The notes below the pieces were generated by a model, which saw nothing but the letters and a program-made list of their open reading frames with translations, made no database searches and was not told the origin of the DNA. A DNA stretch of 64,000 bases, taken from assembly GCA_937925815.1 (NCBI GenBank), contig CALAMQ010000004.1, positions 7,099-71,098 of the forward strand. Direction: 5' to 3'. This document shows positions 31,226-40,405 of the stretch, one piece after another. Each line of letters opens with the position of its first letter. Position 1 is the stretch's first letter. A program made the translations under genes and the position numbers. Origin of the DNA: an uncultured Granulosicoccaceae bacterium. GTDB lineage: Bacteria; Pseudomonadota; Gammaproteobacteria; CALCKW01.

Positions 31226-31827
31226 GGCACTGCAAACAGTCTGTTGAGCGTGCCCAGCCGCTGGTGCGCCAATTCAACCTCCACCGCCGCAGGCAACAGG
31301 AAAGCCGCTTCTGGGTCAATATCAACTGGCGGCCATGTGCTGTGCCACTCGCCCGAGCGATCGAGGAAGCGCCAGGTGATTTGATCGATCTCAGCCAACA
31401 ACAAACGGTCGACAAAACTGCCCTCGACCATGCGATCGAGGTGAAACCAGCTGCGCCGCAATAAACGGTCGTCCTCAACGCGGTAGGCCACGCGTTGTAA
31501 CTCACTGCGTGGCGGCGTCAGCTCAGGTGCCGGATTGAACCAACCACCGCGCGTGAATTCGAGCACACTGCCATCAAAATCACTGTACTCGACAGCGCGC
31601 CGCTCGCCGCCAAGCTCGTCTGTAACCGGGCGCGCGGTGAGCTGACTCAGGTCGCGAGTCAACGTCAAGAACGTCCTCTCCAGGCTTGCAATTTCTGTCT
31701 GCAAGGCGTCAAGAGAACGCTCAACTCCCGTCACACTGCGCCAGCCTGCTATCGCGGCGGCACTGACAATCACGGTGATCACCATCGCGATCAACAATTC
31801 GATCAAGGTGAAACCCCGGGCTGTCAT
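31222..31827 (-). CDS. gspJ: type II secretion system minor pseudopilin J
   Basis: Prepilin-type N-terminus MTARGFTLIELLIAMVI; 201 aa. Confidence 0.8.
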   Translation of the reverse strand: MTARGFTLIELLIAMVITVIVSAAAIAGWRSVTGVERSLDALQTEIASLERTFLTLTRDLSQLTARPVTDELGGERRAVEYSDFDGSVLEFTRGGWFNPAPELTPPRSELQRVAYRVEDDRLLRRSWFHLDRMVEGSFVDRLLLAEIDQITWRFLDRSGEWHSTWPPVDIDPEAAFLLPAAVEVELAHQRLGTLNRLFAVP

Positions 31828-32219
31828 GGCTGAAGCACCACGCTCGGGTCACCCATAAAGCCCGTCACGGTTGCCAGCGCGCCGCTGGCTGATTCCCGCA
31901 GCCGGACTTGAATCGTGACCTGCCTCAAGAGCGCATCTTCTACGCGCTCAGTTTGCACTCGCCAGAACCAGGTCTGGCCTGCAAGCACCCGTTCACCCTC
32001 CTCCTTGCCGAGGTCCGGCCAGGCATTTTCGATCTGCATTTCAGTCAATTTGTCCGTGGCCACCCAACGCGCGAACGTTTTGTCACGCAGGTAATTGGCG
32101 CTGTTGGCGTAATCGACGCCAGCCTTGGTCAGTGCGGTGATCGCAGTTGCGACAATCGCGAGTGCAAACAGCACTTCGATCAACGTAAAGGCCCGGCTGC
32201 GCGAGATGCGTGTCACCAC
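31824..32219 (-). CDS. gspI: type II secretion system minor pseudopilin I
   Basis: Prepilin-type N-terminus RAFTLIEVLFALAIV; 131 aa. Confidence 0.8.
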   Translation of the reverse strand: MVTRISRSRAFTLIEVLFALAIVATAITALTKAGVDYANSANYLRDKTFARWVATDKLTEMQIENAWPDLGKEEGERVLAGQTWFWRVQTERVEDALLRQVTIQVRLRESASGALATVTGFMGDPSVVLQP

Positions 32220-32224
32220 CGGCT

Positions 32225-32785
32225 TCAGCGCGCCACGGTGCTGAGCGAGACGGGTTCGAGCGGCGTTGGCTCGAGATAGAACAGCCGCTCAGACTCGCGT
32301 GCGTTGACGATCAGGCGATACTGCGGCAAGAGTTCACCATCGGGTAAAAACCAAATATGCGGCACGACAGGCTCATCGTCTGCTTCGAGTTCCGCGAGTG
32401 TATTCAACGCGACCTGTTGTGCTTCGAGCTCGAGGTCGAGGAAGAGTTCGCCGTCGTCTTCAAACCGCGTGCCCTGGAGTTTGCCATCGGCGTCGTAATC
32501 AACCCAACTCCAATCGTCACCGTCAGCTTTCTGGCGCTGGAGAAAACGGTAACTGTCAGTGGTGACGAGCAAACCCAAGGTTGCGTTGTTGAGCAAGGCT
32601 TCATCCACAGCCAGCTGCAACATCACGTGCAGGCGCCGGGCGTGATCACGCTGTTGATCGCGGCCACCGCCAAAATTGACCCGCGTGACCGCAACGCTGC
32701 CAAGCACCCCGATGATCACCATCACCACGAGGATTTCGATCAGGGTAAAACCACGGCCGAGCGCCGGCCGCAGGTAGGCGGGCAT
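32225..32785 (-). CDS. gspH: type II secretion system minor pseudopilin H
   Basis: Prepilin-type N-terminus GRGFTLIEILVVMVIIG. I place the start at the ATG at 32783-32785; the ORF track's 32911 would overlap gspG. Confidence 0.8.
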   Translation of the reverse strand: MPAYLRPALGRGFTLIEILVVMVIIGVLGSVAVTRVNFGGGRDQQRDHARRLHVMLQLAVDEALLNNATLGLLVTTDSYRFLQRQKADGDDWSWVDYDADGKLQGTRFEDDGELFLDLELEAQQVALNTLAELEADDEPVVPHIWFLPDGELLPQYRLIVNARESERLFYLEPTPLEPVSLSTVAR

Positions 32786-32816
32786 CACAGGCGAGGCCAC
32801 GGAGTGTGCGGCGGTT

Positions 32817-33254
32817 TCAGGGGTTCCAGTTGCCGATATCGGCATCGGGGCCCTCGCCACCTGGCGCACCGTCTCGACCGAGGGTGTAGATGTCGATCTC
32901 ACCGTTCTCACCGGGGTTTAGGTAGACGTAATCGCGGTCCCAAGGATCTTTACTCAAGCGTTTGAGGTAACCACCGTCTTTCCAGTTGGGGGCTTCGTCG
33001 CCGGGGTTATCAACCAATGCCTGCAGGCCAACATCGGCACTGGGGTAGTTGAAATTGTCGAGGCGATAAATCTCAAGTGCCGATTCGATAGCGCTGATGT
33101 CCTGCTTTGCCTTGACCACACGCGCCTCGTCGGGGCGACCGAGAATGTTGGGCAAGATAAGCGTGCCGAGCACACCGAGGATCACGACAACAATCATGAT
33201 TTCAAGAAGCGTGAATCCGCGTTGCTTGGCGGCAACGAGGCCAGTGGTCGACAT
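32817..33254 (-). CDS. gspG: type II secretion system major pseudopilin G
   Basis: Classic GspG: KQRGFTLLEIMIVVVILGVL...AKQDISAIESALEIYRLDN...DPWDRDY; 145 aa. Confidence 0.9.
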   Translation of the reverse strand: MSTTGLVAAKQRGFTLLEIMIVVVILGVLGTLILPNILGRPDEARVVKAKQDISAIESALEIYRLDNFNYPSADVGLQALVDNPGDEAPNWKDGGYLKRLSKDPWDRDYVYLNPGENGEIDIYTLGRDGAPGGEGPDADIGNWNP

Positions 33255-33351
33255 GTCATTTCTCCAGCAAGGAACAGCTATGTGGAGCTAAGCTTAGCAG
33301 GGTGATCCAGATGTATTCCCGCTGGGACTTTGCGATGCGGCGCGCGGGGTA

Positions 33352-34071
33352 TTGCGCACCGTTTGTCTCCCAATAAAATGGCCAGTGGGTGTGCCAATTG
33401 CCGGATCACATCACGCCTGCGCCACCGTGACGCGGGCACTACCGCACCGGGCCTCGATAATTACTGTGTCGCCATACCACTTACTCTCCCCTTTTCGCCG
33501 TTGGTGGCTGCCTCTGTGCTTGTGCGCGCTGTGCGCTGCGCTCCAGTTCACGGGCCTGCGCGACACCTGGCGATTTGACCGCGATCTGATCGACACCGGC
33601 CACTGGTGGCTGTTGCTCTCGGGCAACTTCGTGCACCTCAATACCAACCACCTGCTGATGAACCTGCTCGGTGTCGGTGTGATCGCGATGCTCGTCTGGC
33701 ACTACCTGAACGCTGTGCAGTGGATGCTGTGCCTGGTCGTGAGTGCGCTGGCTGTCGGTGCCGGACTCTATTTTCGAGACCCCGACCTCAACTACTACGT
33801 CGGTCTGAGCGGCGCTCTGCACGGCTTGCTGCTCGCGGGACTTGTCATGGAAGTTGTGCGCTACCCCAAGAGCGGTTGGATACTGATGATCGCGGTGATC
33901 GGCAAACTCGGTTTTGAGCAGTGGCAAGGCGCAGTGCCCGGTTCTGAGTGGGCAGTGGGCGGCAAGGTCGTGGTCAACTCCCACCTCTACGGCGCAATCG
34001 CGGGACTCGCTGTCGGTGCTGTGTTCGCGACCACTCGAAAACGCACGCCCGACCCGTCCAGCGAAACATGA
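33352..34071 (+). CDS. rhombosortase (rhomboid-family intramembrane serine protease)
   Basis: Rhomboid motifs HLLMNLL, catalytic GLSGALHG (GxSG) and a downstream His in a TM helix. About 6 TM helices. The N-terminal start is uncertain. Confidence 0.6.
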   Translation: MRTVCLPIKWPVGVPIAGSHHACATVTRALPHRASIITVSPYHLLSPFRRWWLPLCLCALCAALQFTGLRDTWRFDRDLIDTGHWWLLLSGNFVHLNTNHLLMNLLGVGVIAMLVWHYLNAVQWMLCLVVSALAVGAGLYFRDPDLNYYVGLSGALHGLLLAGLVMEVVRYPKSGWILMIAVIGKLGFEQWQGAVPGSEWAVGGKVVVNSHLYGAIAGLAVGAVFATTRKRTPDPSSET

Positions 34072-34472
34072 GCGTGCACGACAACCATTTGAAATGGCCA
34101 GTGCTCTGGCATGCTGTGGGCGCCGCCATGCTGCTCGCGATCACGGTGTTATCACTCAGCCCTTCTGACGCGCCCTACCTCGTGTTTTTGTGGTGGGACA
34201 AGCTCATGCACTTTGTTGGCTACGCAATCATCGCGGCGTGGTACGCCGCGCTCGTGCCACGCGCCCACTTGCTGTGGGTACTGATCGGGTTGATTGCGTT
34301 GGGGGTCGGCATTGAGTTTGGGCAGGGTTTTGTCGCAGGCCGCAGCCGCGAAGCGCTCGACGCTCTGGCAAACACCTTGGGCGCAATCTCAGGGGTGGCA
34401 CTCGGTCTGACACCGTGGCGTCACCTTTTGCGGCTTGTCGAATCTATCCTCACCACGCGAGGCCGGGTCTAG
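34068..34472 (+). CDS. VanZ-family membrane protein
   Basis: 135 aa with 4 TM helices and a VanZ-like core (KLMHFVGYAII...GIEFGQGFVAGRSREALDALANTLGAISG). ATGA overlap with the rhombosortase stop. Confidence 0.55.
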   Translation: MSVHDNHLKWPVLWHAVGAAMLLAITVLSLSPSDAPYLVFLWWDKLMHFVGYAIIAAWYAALVPRAHLLWVLIGLIALGVGIEFGQGFVAGRSREALDALANTLGAISGVALGLTPWRHLLRLVESILTTRGRV

Positions 34473-34967
34473 ATGAGCACCAAGCAAATTGAACAGCGTG
34501 CCTTGCAATGCGCGCTTGTGCTCACCACGGCGTTGCTCGCAGCCGGCCTGTTTTTGCCCTTGCTCACCGTGCAAAAAATGGTGCTTTGGAAGAACACTTT
34601 GTCAGTTGTCAGCACGCTGAACGGGTTATGGCAAGGCGGGCACTATCTCTTGTTGCTGTTGATGGCAGTGTTCAGTGTGGTGTTGCCCGGACTCAAACTT
34701 GCGGTGTTATACCGCGTGGTTTTTAAGCCACCGCGCGGCAAAGCGCGAATGCAGCGCGCGCTGCGGCTCATGCACGACTACGGCCGCTGGGCAATGCTCG
34801 ATGTAATGGTCGTGGCAGTGTTGCTTGTCACGCTAAAACTCGGCGCACTAGCACAAGTTCAAATTCACGCAGGCTTGTACATTTTTGCAGCGGCGGTGCT
34901 GTTGATTGCGCTGATCACGCACCGCGTCTCAGCTCAACACCAGGGCAGGCGTCGCGCTCGCACCTGA
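34473..34967 (+). CDS. PqiA-domain (paraquat-inducible protein A-like) single-module membrane protein
   Basis: 164 aa; PqiA signature YGRWAMLDVMVVAVLLV; only one PqiA repeat; starts 1 nt after the VanZ gene stop. Confidence 0.55.
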   Translation: MSTKQIEQRALQCALVLTTALLAAGLFLPLLTVQKMVLWKNTLSVVSTLNGLWQGGHYLLLLLMAVFSVVLPGLKLAVLYRVVFKPPRGKARMQRALRLMHDYGRWAMLDVMVVAVLLVTLKLGALAQVQIHAGLYIFAAAVLLIALITHRVSAQHQGRRRART

Positions 34968-34974
34968 CGCGCGA

Positions 34975-35529
34975 TCAGCACTGGCCGCCGAGCCAATCGA
35001 TCACAGCCGATGCATTTTGATCTGGTGGGAACACTGGGTAGAACACCTTCACCACACGATCCGCGTTCAGCACCATTGTCAGGCGCTTGTACAACGGCTC
35101 TCCCGCGTCTTCAAATGTCGGCAGAGACATAATCTCAGCGAGCTGGCGGTCGGGGTCGCTCAGCAATTGAAACGGCAAATGCAGGCGGTCCCGAGCCTCG
35201 CGTTGATAGGCCGAGGACTGCGTGCTCACACCGAATACCCGCGCACCGAGCCTTGCGATTTCAGCGTGGTGATCGCGGAATGAACACGACTGCGGCGTGC
35301 ACCCACGGGCGCCGGGAATGGCGTCCCAGCCCTCGGGCAATGCGCGGTCTGGGCGACCGGTCATGGGGTAGACATAGAGCACTGTGAACCCACTGAAAGC
35401 ACTGAGGTCGTGGCGTTGACCGTCTGTGGCCGCAAGCACAAGCGACGGAACGGTTGCACGCTCTAAGTGATCAGCACCGCCGTCGTCTTGCGGCACCGGT
35501 AAACCACCGGGAAGATCGAGCGACTGCAT
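34975..35529 (-). CDS. peroxiredoxin/redoxin-family thioredoxin-fold protein
   Basis: 184 aa, thioredoxin fold with GCTPQSCSF (TxxC-type peroxidatic Cys context), AhpC/TSA-like. Confidence 0.6.
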   Translation of the reverse strand: MQSLDLPGGLPVPQDDGGADHLERATVPSLVLAATDGQRHDLSAFSGFTVLYVYPMTGRPDRALPEGWDAIPGARGCTPQSCSFRDHHAEIARLGARVFGVSTQSSAYQREARDRLHLPFQLLSDPDRQLAEIMSLPTFEDAGEPLYKRLTMVLNADRVVKVFYPVFPPDQNASAVIDWLGGQC

Positions 35530-35538
35530 GGTCTATGC

Positions 35539-35922
35539 TCACACTGTGACAGGCTTGCCAATTGGCACGGCCATTTCCACTCGAGGATGCAATGGCCTGA
35601 GAACCTGGTGCCGGCGCACGCGATACAACTGCAGCTCAATGGACTTGTCCGCAACAGCGCGCGCGCTCACACGCCACAAGAATGACTGCGTGGGTTTTAT
35701 CGCCTCAGCCGGTACCCGCCAGGCTCGAGTTGACTGCCCGGCATTTTGGCGCAGTGGGCCAAGCGGCGCCGCAGCCACGCGCAACAATGGCGACGCTGCG
35801 CCCGCTGCCTCCTGTGATGACAGCGCCGAGCCAGCTGCCTGCCACAGCCCCGCAGAAGCCAGCGAGAAGACGCCTACCAGCCCCAAGAGTCCAATCAACC
35901 CAACGTGCCTGAGCCAGCGCAT
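35539..35922 (-). CDS. hypothetical secreted protein
   Basis: 127-aa ORF exactly filling the ilvA-peroxiredoxin gap, with a signal-peptide-like N-terminus (LIGLLGLVGVFSLASA). No recognisable family. An opposite-strand ORF covers the same span. Confidence 0.3.
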   Translation of the reverse strand: MRWLRHVGLIGLLGLVGVFSLASAGLWQAAGSALSSQEAAGAASPLLRVAAAPLGPLRQNAGQSTRAWRVPAEAIKPTQSFLWRVSARAVADKSIELQLYRVRRHQVLRPLHPRVEMAVPIGKPVTV

Positions 35923-37436
35923 CAGCGCAAAAAGGCCCGGTAAGCCGGGTTGTCGGATTCGAGAAAATAGTCATAGCCGAGCGATTTCAGAAAGGCGTAG
36001 AAACGCTTTTCATCGGCTTCTGGCAACTGCACCCCACAGAGCACACGGCCATAAGCTGCGCCGTGGTTGCGGTAGTGAAAGAGACTGATGTTCCATCCAC
36101 GCTGCAATCGGGCCAGGAAGTCGAGCAAGGCGCCTGGCCGCTCTGGGAAACGAAAACGCACCAGGTGTTCGTTATCAGCGCCCTCACCGCTTCCACCAAT
36201 CATGTAACGCACATGGTTCTTGGCCACGTCGTCATCGGTCAAATCCTGCACTGTGTACCCTCCCGCGACAAGCTTCTCCAACACCTCAACACGTTCGCTG
36301 TCACCGTTGGCGAGCTGAATGCCCGCAAACACCACGGCTCGGTCGTTGTGCGCGTAGCGGTAGTTGAACTCGGTGACACCGCGCCGTCCGATGGTTTGAC
36401 AAAACTTCCGAAACGCACCGGGCTTTTCTTGCAGCTCCACTGCAAACAGCGCCTCGCGGCGTTCACCGATCTCTGCGCGCTCAGCCACGTGCCGCAAGCG
36501 GTCGAAATTGACGTTTGCGCCACTGACCACTGCGATCAGGTTGGACGAGCTGATGCCGTGCTGCGCGACATACTTTTTCAGCCCCGCAACAGCCAGCGCA
36601 CCCGAGGGTTCGGCGAGCGTGCGGGTGTCGTCAAACACGTCTTTCACTGCCGCGCAAATCTCATCAACGGTGCAAGTGATCACATCATCGAGAGACCGCC
36701 TGCAGAGTCGAAAGTTCTCTTTTCCGGGCACTTTCACGGCAACGCCGTCGGCGAATAACCCGACCTCACCAATGTCTGTGCGACGGCCGCGTTTGATCGA
36801 CGCTTGCATCGACGCCGCGTCCACGGGCTCTACTCCAATCACACGCACATCGGGCCGCAAGTACTTCATAAACACCGCGACCCCCGCCGCGAGTCCACCC
36901 CCACCAACAGGCACAAACACCGCGTGGATCGGGTCCGGGTGCTGTCGGCACAGTTCGAGCCCAACGGTGCCCTGGCCCGCGATCACGTCCGGGTTATCAA
37001 ACGGCGGTACAAAGGTGTATCCCTTCTCCTCAGCGAGCACGAGCGCGTGACTGAGCGCGTCATCGAAGGCATCGCCGTGAAGCACCGTCTTGCCACCGTA
37101 GTCGCGCACCGCCTGCACCTTGATAGAGGGCGTGGTGCGCGGCATCACAATGATCGATTTCAGTCCGAGCTTGGTCGAGGCATAGGCCACACCTTGTGCG
37201 TGGTTCCCAGCCGACGCCGTGATCACACCGGGCAGATCGGGGTTTTCGCTCTTTAGGCGGTGGATACAGTTGTACGCGCCGCGAATCTTGAACGAGTGGA
37301 CTGGTTGTTGGTCCTCGCGCTTGAGTAAAACCGTGTTGTCGAGCCGCCGACTGAGATTGCGCGCGGTATCGAGCGCGGTCTCTTTGGCGACGTCGTACAC
37401 ACGCGCACTGAGGATTTTCTCGATGTAGTGATCCAT
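35922..37436 (-). CDS. ilvA: threonine ammonia-lyase, biosynthetic
   Basis: 504 aa; PLP site HSFKIRGA; two C-terminal ACT-like regulatory domains. Confidence 0.95.
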   Translation of the reverse strand: MDHYIEKILSARVYDVAKETALDTARNLSRRLDNTVLLKREDQQPVHSFKIRGAYNCIHRLKSENPDLPGVITASAGNHAQGVAYASTKLGLKSIIVMPRTTPSIKVQAVRDYGGKTVLHGDAFDDALSHALVLAEEKGYTFVPPFDNPDVIAGQGTVGLELCRQHPDPIHAVFVPVGGGGLAAGVAVFMKYLRPDVRVIGVEPVDAASMQASIKRGRRTDIGEVGLFADGVAVKVPGKENFRLCRRSLDDVITCTVDEICAAVKDVFDDTRTLAEPSGALAVAGLKKYVAQHGISSSNLIAVVSGANVNFDRLRHVAERAEIGERREALFAVELQEKPGAFRKFCQTIGRRGVTEFNYRYAHNDRAVVFAGIQLANGDSERVEVLEKLVAGGYTVQDLTDDDVAKNHVRYMIGGSGEGADNEHLVRFRFPERPGALLDFLARLQRGWNISLFHYRNHGAAYGRVLCGVQLPEADEKRFYAFLKSLGYDYFLESDNPAYRAFLR

Positions 37437-37534
37437 GGAACTCAGGCCATCTGTTCGCAGCGGTTAGATCCATATGATAGAGCGTCTGCCAAGCCCGCTT
37501 GGTATGATTGTGTTTTCGCCAGCAGCGTGCCGAC

Positions 37535-38194
37535 ATGACCCCCGACGAGAAGAAAATTGCTGCGGCCCAAGCCGCGCTCAAAGAAGTCCCAGAAGACAGC
37601 TTGGTTGGCATCGGCACAGGCTCGACCGCAAACCACTTCATCGACTTGCTGGCAACTCAAAGACCGGACATCCGCCAAACTGTCGCGAGCTCTGACGCCA
37701 GCGCCGCACGACTGCGCGGCCACGGTATCGAGGTGCTCGACCTCAACGCCGCAGGCACGCTCGCGGTCTACGTCGACGGCGCTGACGAATCCGATAAGCA
37801 CCTGCGGCTGATCAAAGGCGGCGGCGCGGCGCTGACGCGTGAGAAAATCGTCGCGGCGGCGAGCACGCGCTTTGTGTGCATCGCCGACAACAGCAAGCTC
37901 GTCGACACGCTCGGTGCCTTCCCGCTGCCAGTCGAAGTCATCCCAATGGCGCGCAGTCTGGTCGGGCGTGCCATGGTCAAGCTCGGCGGCGACCCAGCGC
38001 TCAGAGAAGATGTCATCACTGACAACGGCAACCTGATCATCGACGTGCACAACTTGACGATCACAGACCCGGTCGCGATGGAAACAGAGATCAATCAGAT
38101 ACCGGGCGTGGTAACCGTCGGGTTGTTCGCCAGCCGGCCCGCTGACTTGTTGTTGCTCGCGGGTGACGACGGCGTCACCCAACTGAGCCGCTGA
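37535..38194 (+). CDS. rpiA: ribose-5-phosphate isomerase A
   Basis: Collinear with E. coli RpiA ([30 protein letters not shown]). I place the start at MTPDEKK; the ORF track adds 9 aa upstream. Confidence 0.9.
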   Translation: MTPDEKKIAAAQAALKEVPEDSLVGIGTGSTANHFIDLLATQRPDIRQTVASSDASAARLRGHGIEVLDLNAAGTLAVYVDGADESDKHLRLIKGGGAALTREKIVAAASTRFVCIADNSKLVDTLGAFPLPVEVIPMARSLVGRAMVKLGGDPALREDVITDNGNLIIDVHNLTITDPVAMETEINQIPGVVTVGLFASRPADLLLLAGDDGVTQLSR

Positions 38195-38257
38195 ACCCAG
38201 ACCACGCATCCCGTTCTGCGCGCAGGCGCGCCTGATGCCAACCACCCAGGACGCTGT

Positions 38258-40405
38258 GTGACTGACAACCCTGACACCTGGCCACTGTTCCTCTCCGCCG
38301 CCAGAAGCCTCGAACCGCAACTCGCCGACGAAGCCACGGCGTTGGGCGCCAACGACGCCCGCGTCATGCGTGGCGGCGTGCGTTGCTCGGCCGATCTCGC
38401 CACACTCTACCGCCTCTGCCACCGCGCTCGGCTCGTGAGCCGCGTGTTGTTGCCGCTGGCAGAGTTTGCCGCGGGCGACGAGGCAGCGCTCTACGCTGGC
38501 ACCGTCGACGTTGACTGGTCAAACCACTTGTCAGCCGGTGCCACCATTGCAGTGGATTTCACAAGCTCGCGCTCCAAGCTCACCCACAGCCGTTTTGGCG
38601 CACAACGCGTGAAAGACGGCATCGTCGACAACTTGCGCGCGGCGCGCGGCGAACGCCCCGATGTGGACCGCGCACAACCCGACTGCCGCATCAACGCCTA
38701 CCTCTTCGACAACCGATTGAGCCTTTCTCTAGACCTCGGCGGCGGCGCGCTGCACCGCAGGCCCTGGCTCGCCGAGGGCGGACGCCCGGCACTTCCCGCC
38801 AATGTGGCCGCAGCTTTACTGCAGAAATTGGGCTGGCCAGATACGAATGCGGCCTCACCGAGCCTAATCAGTCTCTGGGGTCAGGACGCGACTCTTGCCA
38901 TTGAAGCTGCTGAAATTGCAGGTGGCTTGGCCGCCAACCGCGACCGCACCCACTGGGGGTTTTTCGGCTGGCAACACCATGACGACAGCGTCTGGGCGGC
39001 TGAGCAACAATCAACCCTTGGACCAGCGCCCCACTTCGACCCAGATATTGTTGTGATCGAGCCTGATCGCCGTCGCGCTGCCGTGGCTCGCGCCGCGGTC
39101 AGCGCGAGCGGTCTAGATATCGCGGTCGAGAACGCCAACCCAATCGACTGGCTTAACACAACAAGCTTGGCACCACAGAGCACCGTTTTAGCCACGCCAC
39201 TTGACGCCGCAGCCGAGGACCCAAGCTTGCTGTCGGCCCTTGGGCAATGTTTCAAGCAGCGCGCACTGGGCTGCTCAGCGGGCGTCCTGGTATCGACTCC
39301 AGAACACGGCAAACAACTTGGGTTCCGCGCACACAAGCGCAACCAGTATCAGGTTGCAGACGACACCCACAGCTGGTTTCAGTTCTCGCTCAGTGAAGAG
39401 AATGTCGTCGACCGCGAGGCTGCCGCAGAGCGCCAGCGCGCGCGTGAGCACAGCGATGCGCTAGCGCGCGGCGCTGACGCCCTGATGAATCGCATTGCCA
39501 AGAACCAGCGCACGCTCGGTAAGTGGGCGCAGCGCAGCGGCATCAGTTGTTACCGGCTCTACGACGCCGACTTGCCCGAATACGCGCTCGCAATCGACAT
39601 CTACGAAGATCACGCCCATATTCAGGAATACGCTGCGCCGTCGAGTATCGACCCCGAACGCGCAGCGCAGCGGCTGATCGACGCCAAAGCCGTGTTGCCG
39701 GGCGCACTTGGCATTGCGCCCGACCACTGCGTTTTCAAAGAACGCAGGCGACAGCGCGGCGACGCCCAATACCGCAAGCACGCAAACTCGGGGGAGTTCA
39801 TGCGCGTCACCGAGGCCGGTGCAACTTTCGCGGTCAATCTGCACGACTACCTCGACACCGGCCTCTTCCTCGACCACCGCGACACCCGCGCACTTGTCGC
39901 GTCCATGGCGCACGGCAAGAGCCTGCTCAACCTCTTTGGTTACACCGGTTCTGTCACGGTGCAAGCGGCGCTCGCAGGCGCCACCAGCAGCCTGACGGTT
40001 GATTTGTCGCAAACCTACCTCGACTGGGCGGGTCGAAATTTCTCGCTCAACAAGCTCGGCCCTGAGCATCGCCTGGAACGCGCAGACGTGCTGACGTGGC
40101 TCAACACCCACCGCGAACACTACGACCTGATCTTCCTCGACCCACCCACTTTTTCAAACTCCAAGAGCATGGCCGACACCTTCGACGTGCAGCGAGATCA
40201 TGTCGCGGTAATCCGCGACGCCCTGTCTTGCCTCGCACCGGGCGGGACCTTGGTTTTCTCCAACAACAACCGCCGGTTCAAACTCGACACCGACGCGCTT
40301 GCTGACTGCCAGATCGAGAACATCAGCCGCAAAACCTTGCCACGCGATTTTCAACGCAACCCGAAAATCCACAACGTCTGGCTGATCCAAGCCGCGGCCC
40401 TATGA
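38258..40405 (+). CDS. rlmL: bifunctional 23S rRNA m2G2445 / m7G2069 methyltransferase RlmKL
   Basis: 715 aa with N-terminal THUMP plus an RlmL-like MTase domain and a C-terminal RlmK-like MTase domain (LFGYTGSVTV, DPPTFSNSK); GTG start. Confidence 0.85.
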   Translation: MTDNPDTWPLFLSAARSLEPQLADEATALGANDARVMRGGVRCSADLATLYRLCHRARLVSRVLLPLAEFAAGDEAALYAGTVDVDWSNHLSAGATIAVDFTSSRSKLTHSRFGAQRVKDGIVDNLRAARGERPDVDRAQPDCRINAYLFDNRLSLSLDLGGGALHRRPWLAEGGRPALPANVAAALLQKLGWPDTNAASPSLISLWGQDATLAIEAAEIAGGLAANRDRTHWGFFGWQHHDDSVWAAEQQSTLGPAPHFDPDIVVIEPDRRRAAVARAAVSASGLDIAVENANPIDWLNTTSLAPQSTVLATPLDAAAEDPSLLSALGQCFKQRALGCSAGVLVSTPEHGKQLGFRAHKRNQYQVADDTHSWFQFSLSEENVVDREAAAERQRAREHSDALARGADALMNRIAKNQRTLGKWAQRSGISCYRLYDADLPEYALAIDIYEDHAHIQEYAAPSSIDPERAAQRLIDAKAVLPGALGIAPDHCVFKERRRQRGDAQYRKHANSGEFMRVTEAGATFAVNLHDYLDTGLFLDHRDTRALVASMAHGKSLLNLFGYTGSVTVQAALAGATSSLTVDLSQTYLDWAGRNFSLNKLGPEHRLERADVLTWLNTHREHYDLIFLDPPTFSNSKSMADTFDVQRDHVAVIRDALSCLAPGGTLVFSNNNRRFKLDTDALADCQIENISRKTLPRDFQRNPKIHNVWLIQAAAL

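Noticed and set aside
35528-36088. 186-aa plus-strand ORF overlapping ilvA
   Set aside because: About 170 nt of it are antisense to ilvA, and the rest competes with the minus-strand small ORF. No recognisable features.
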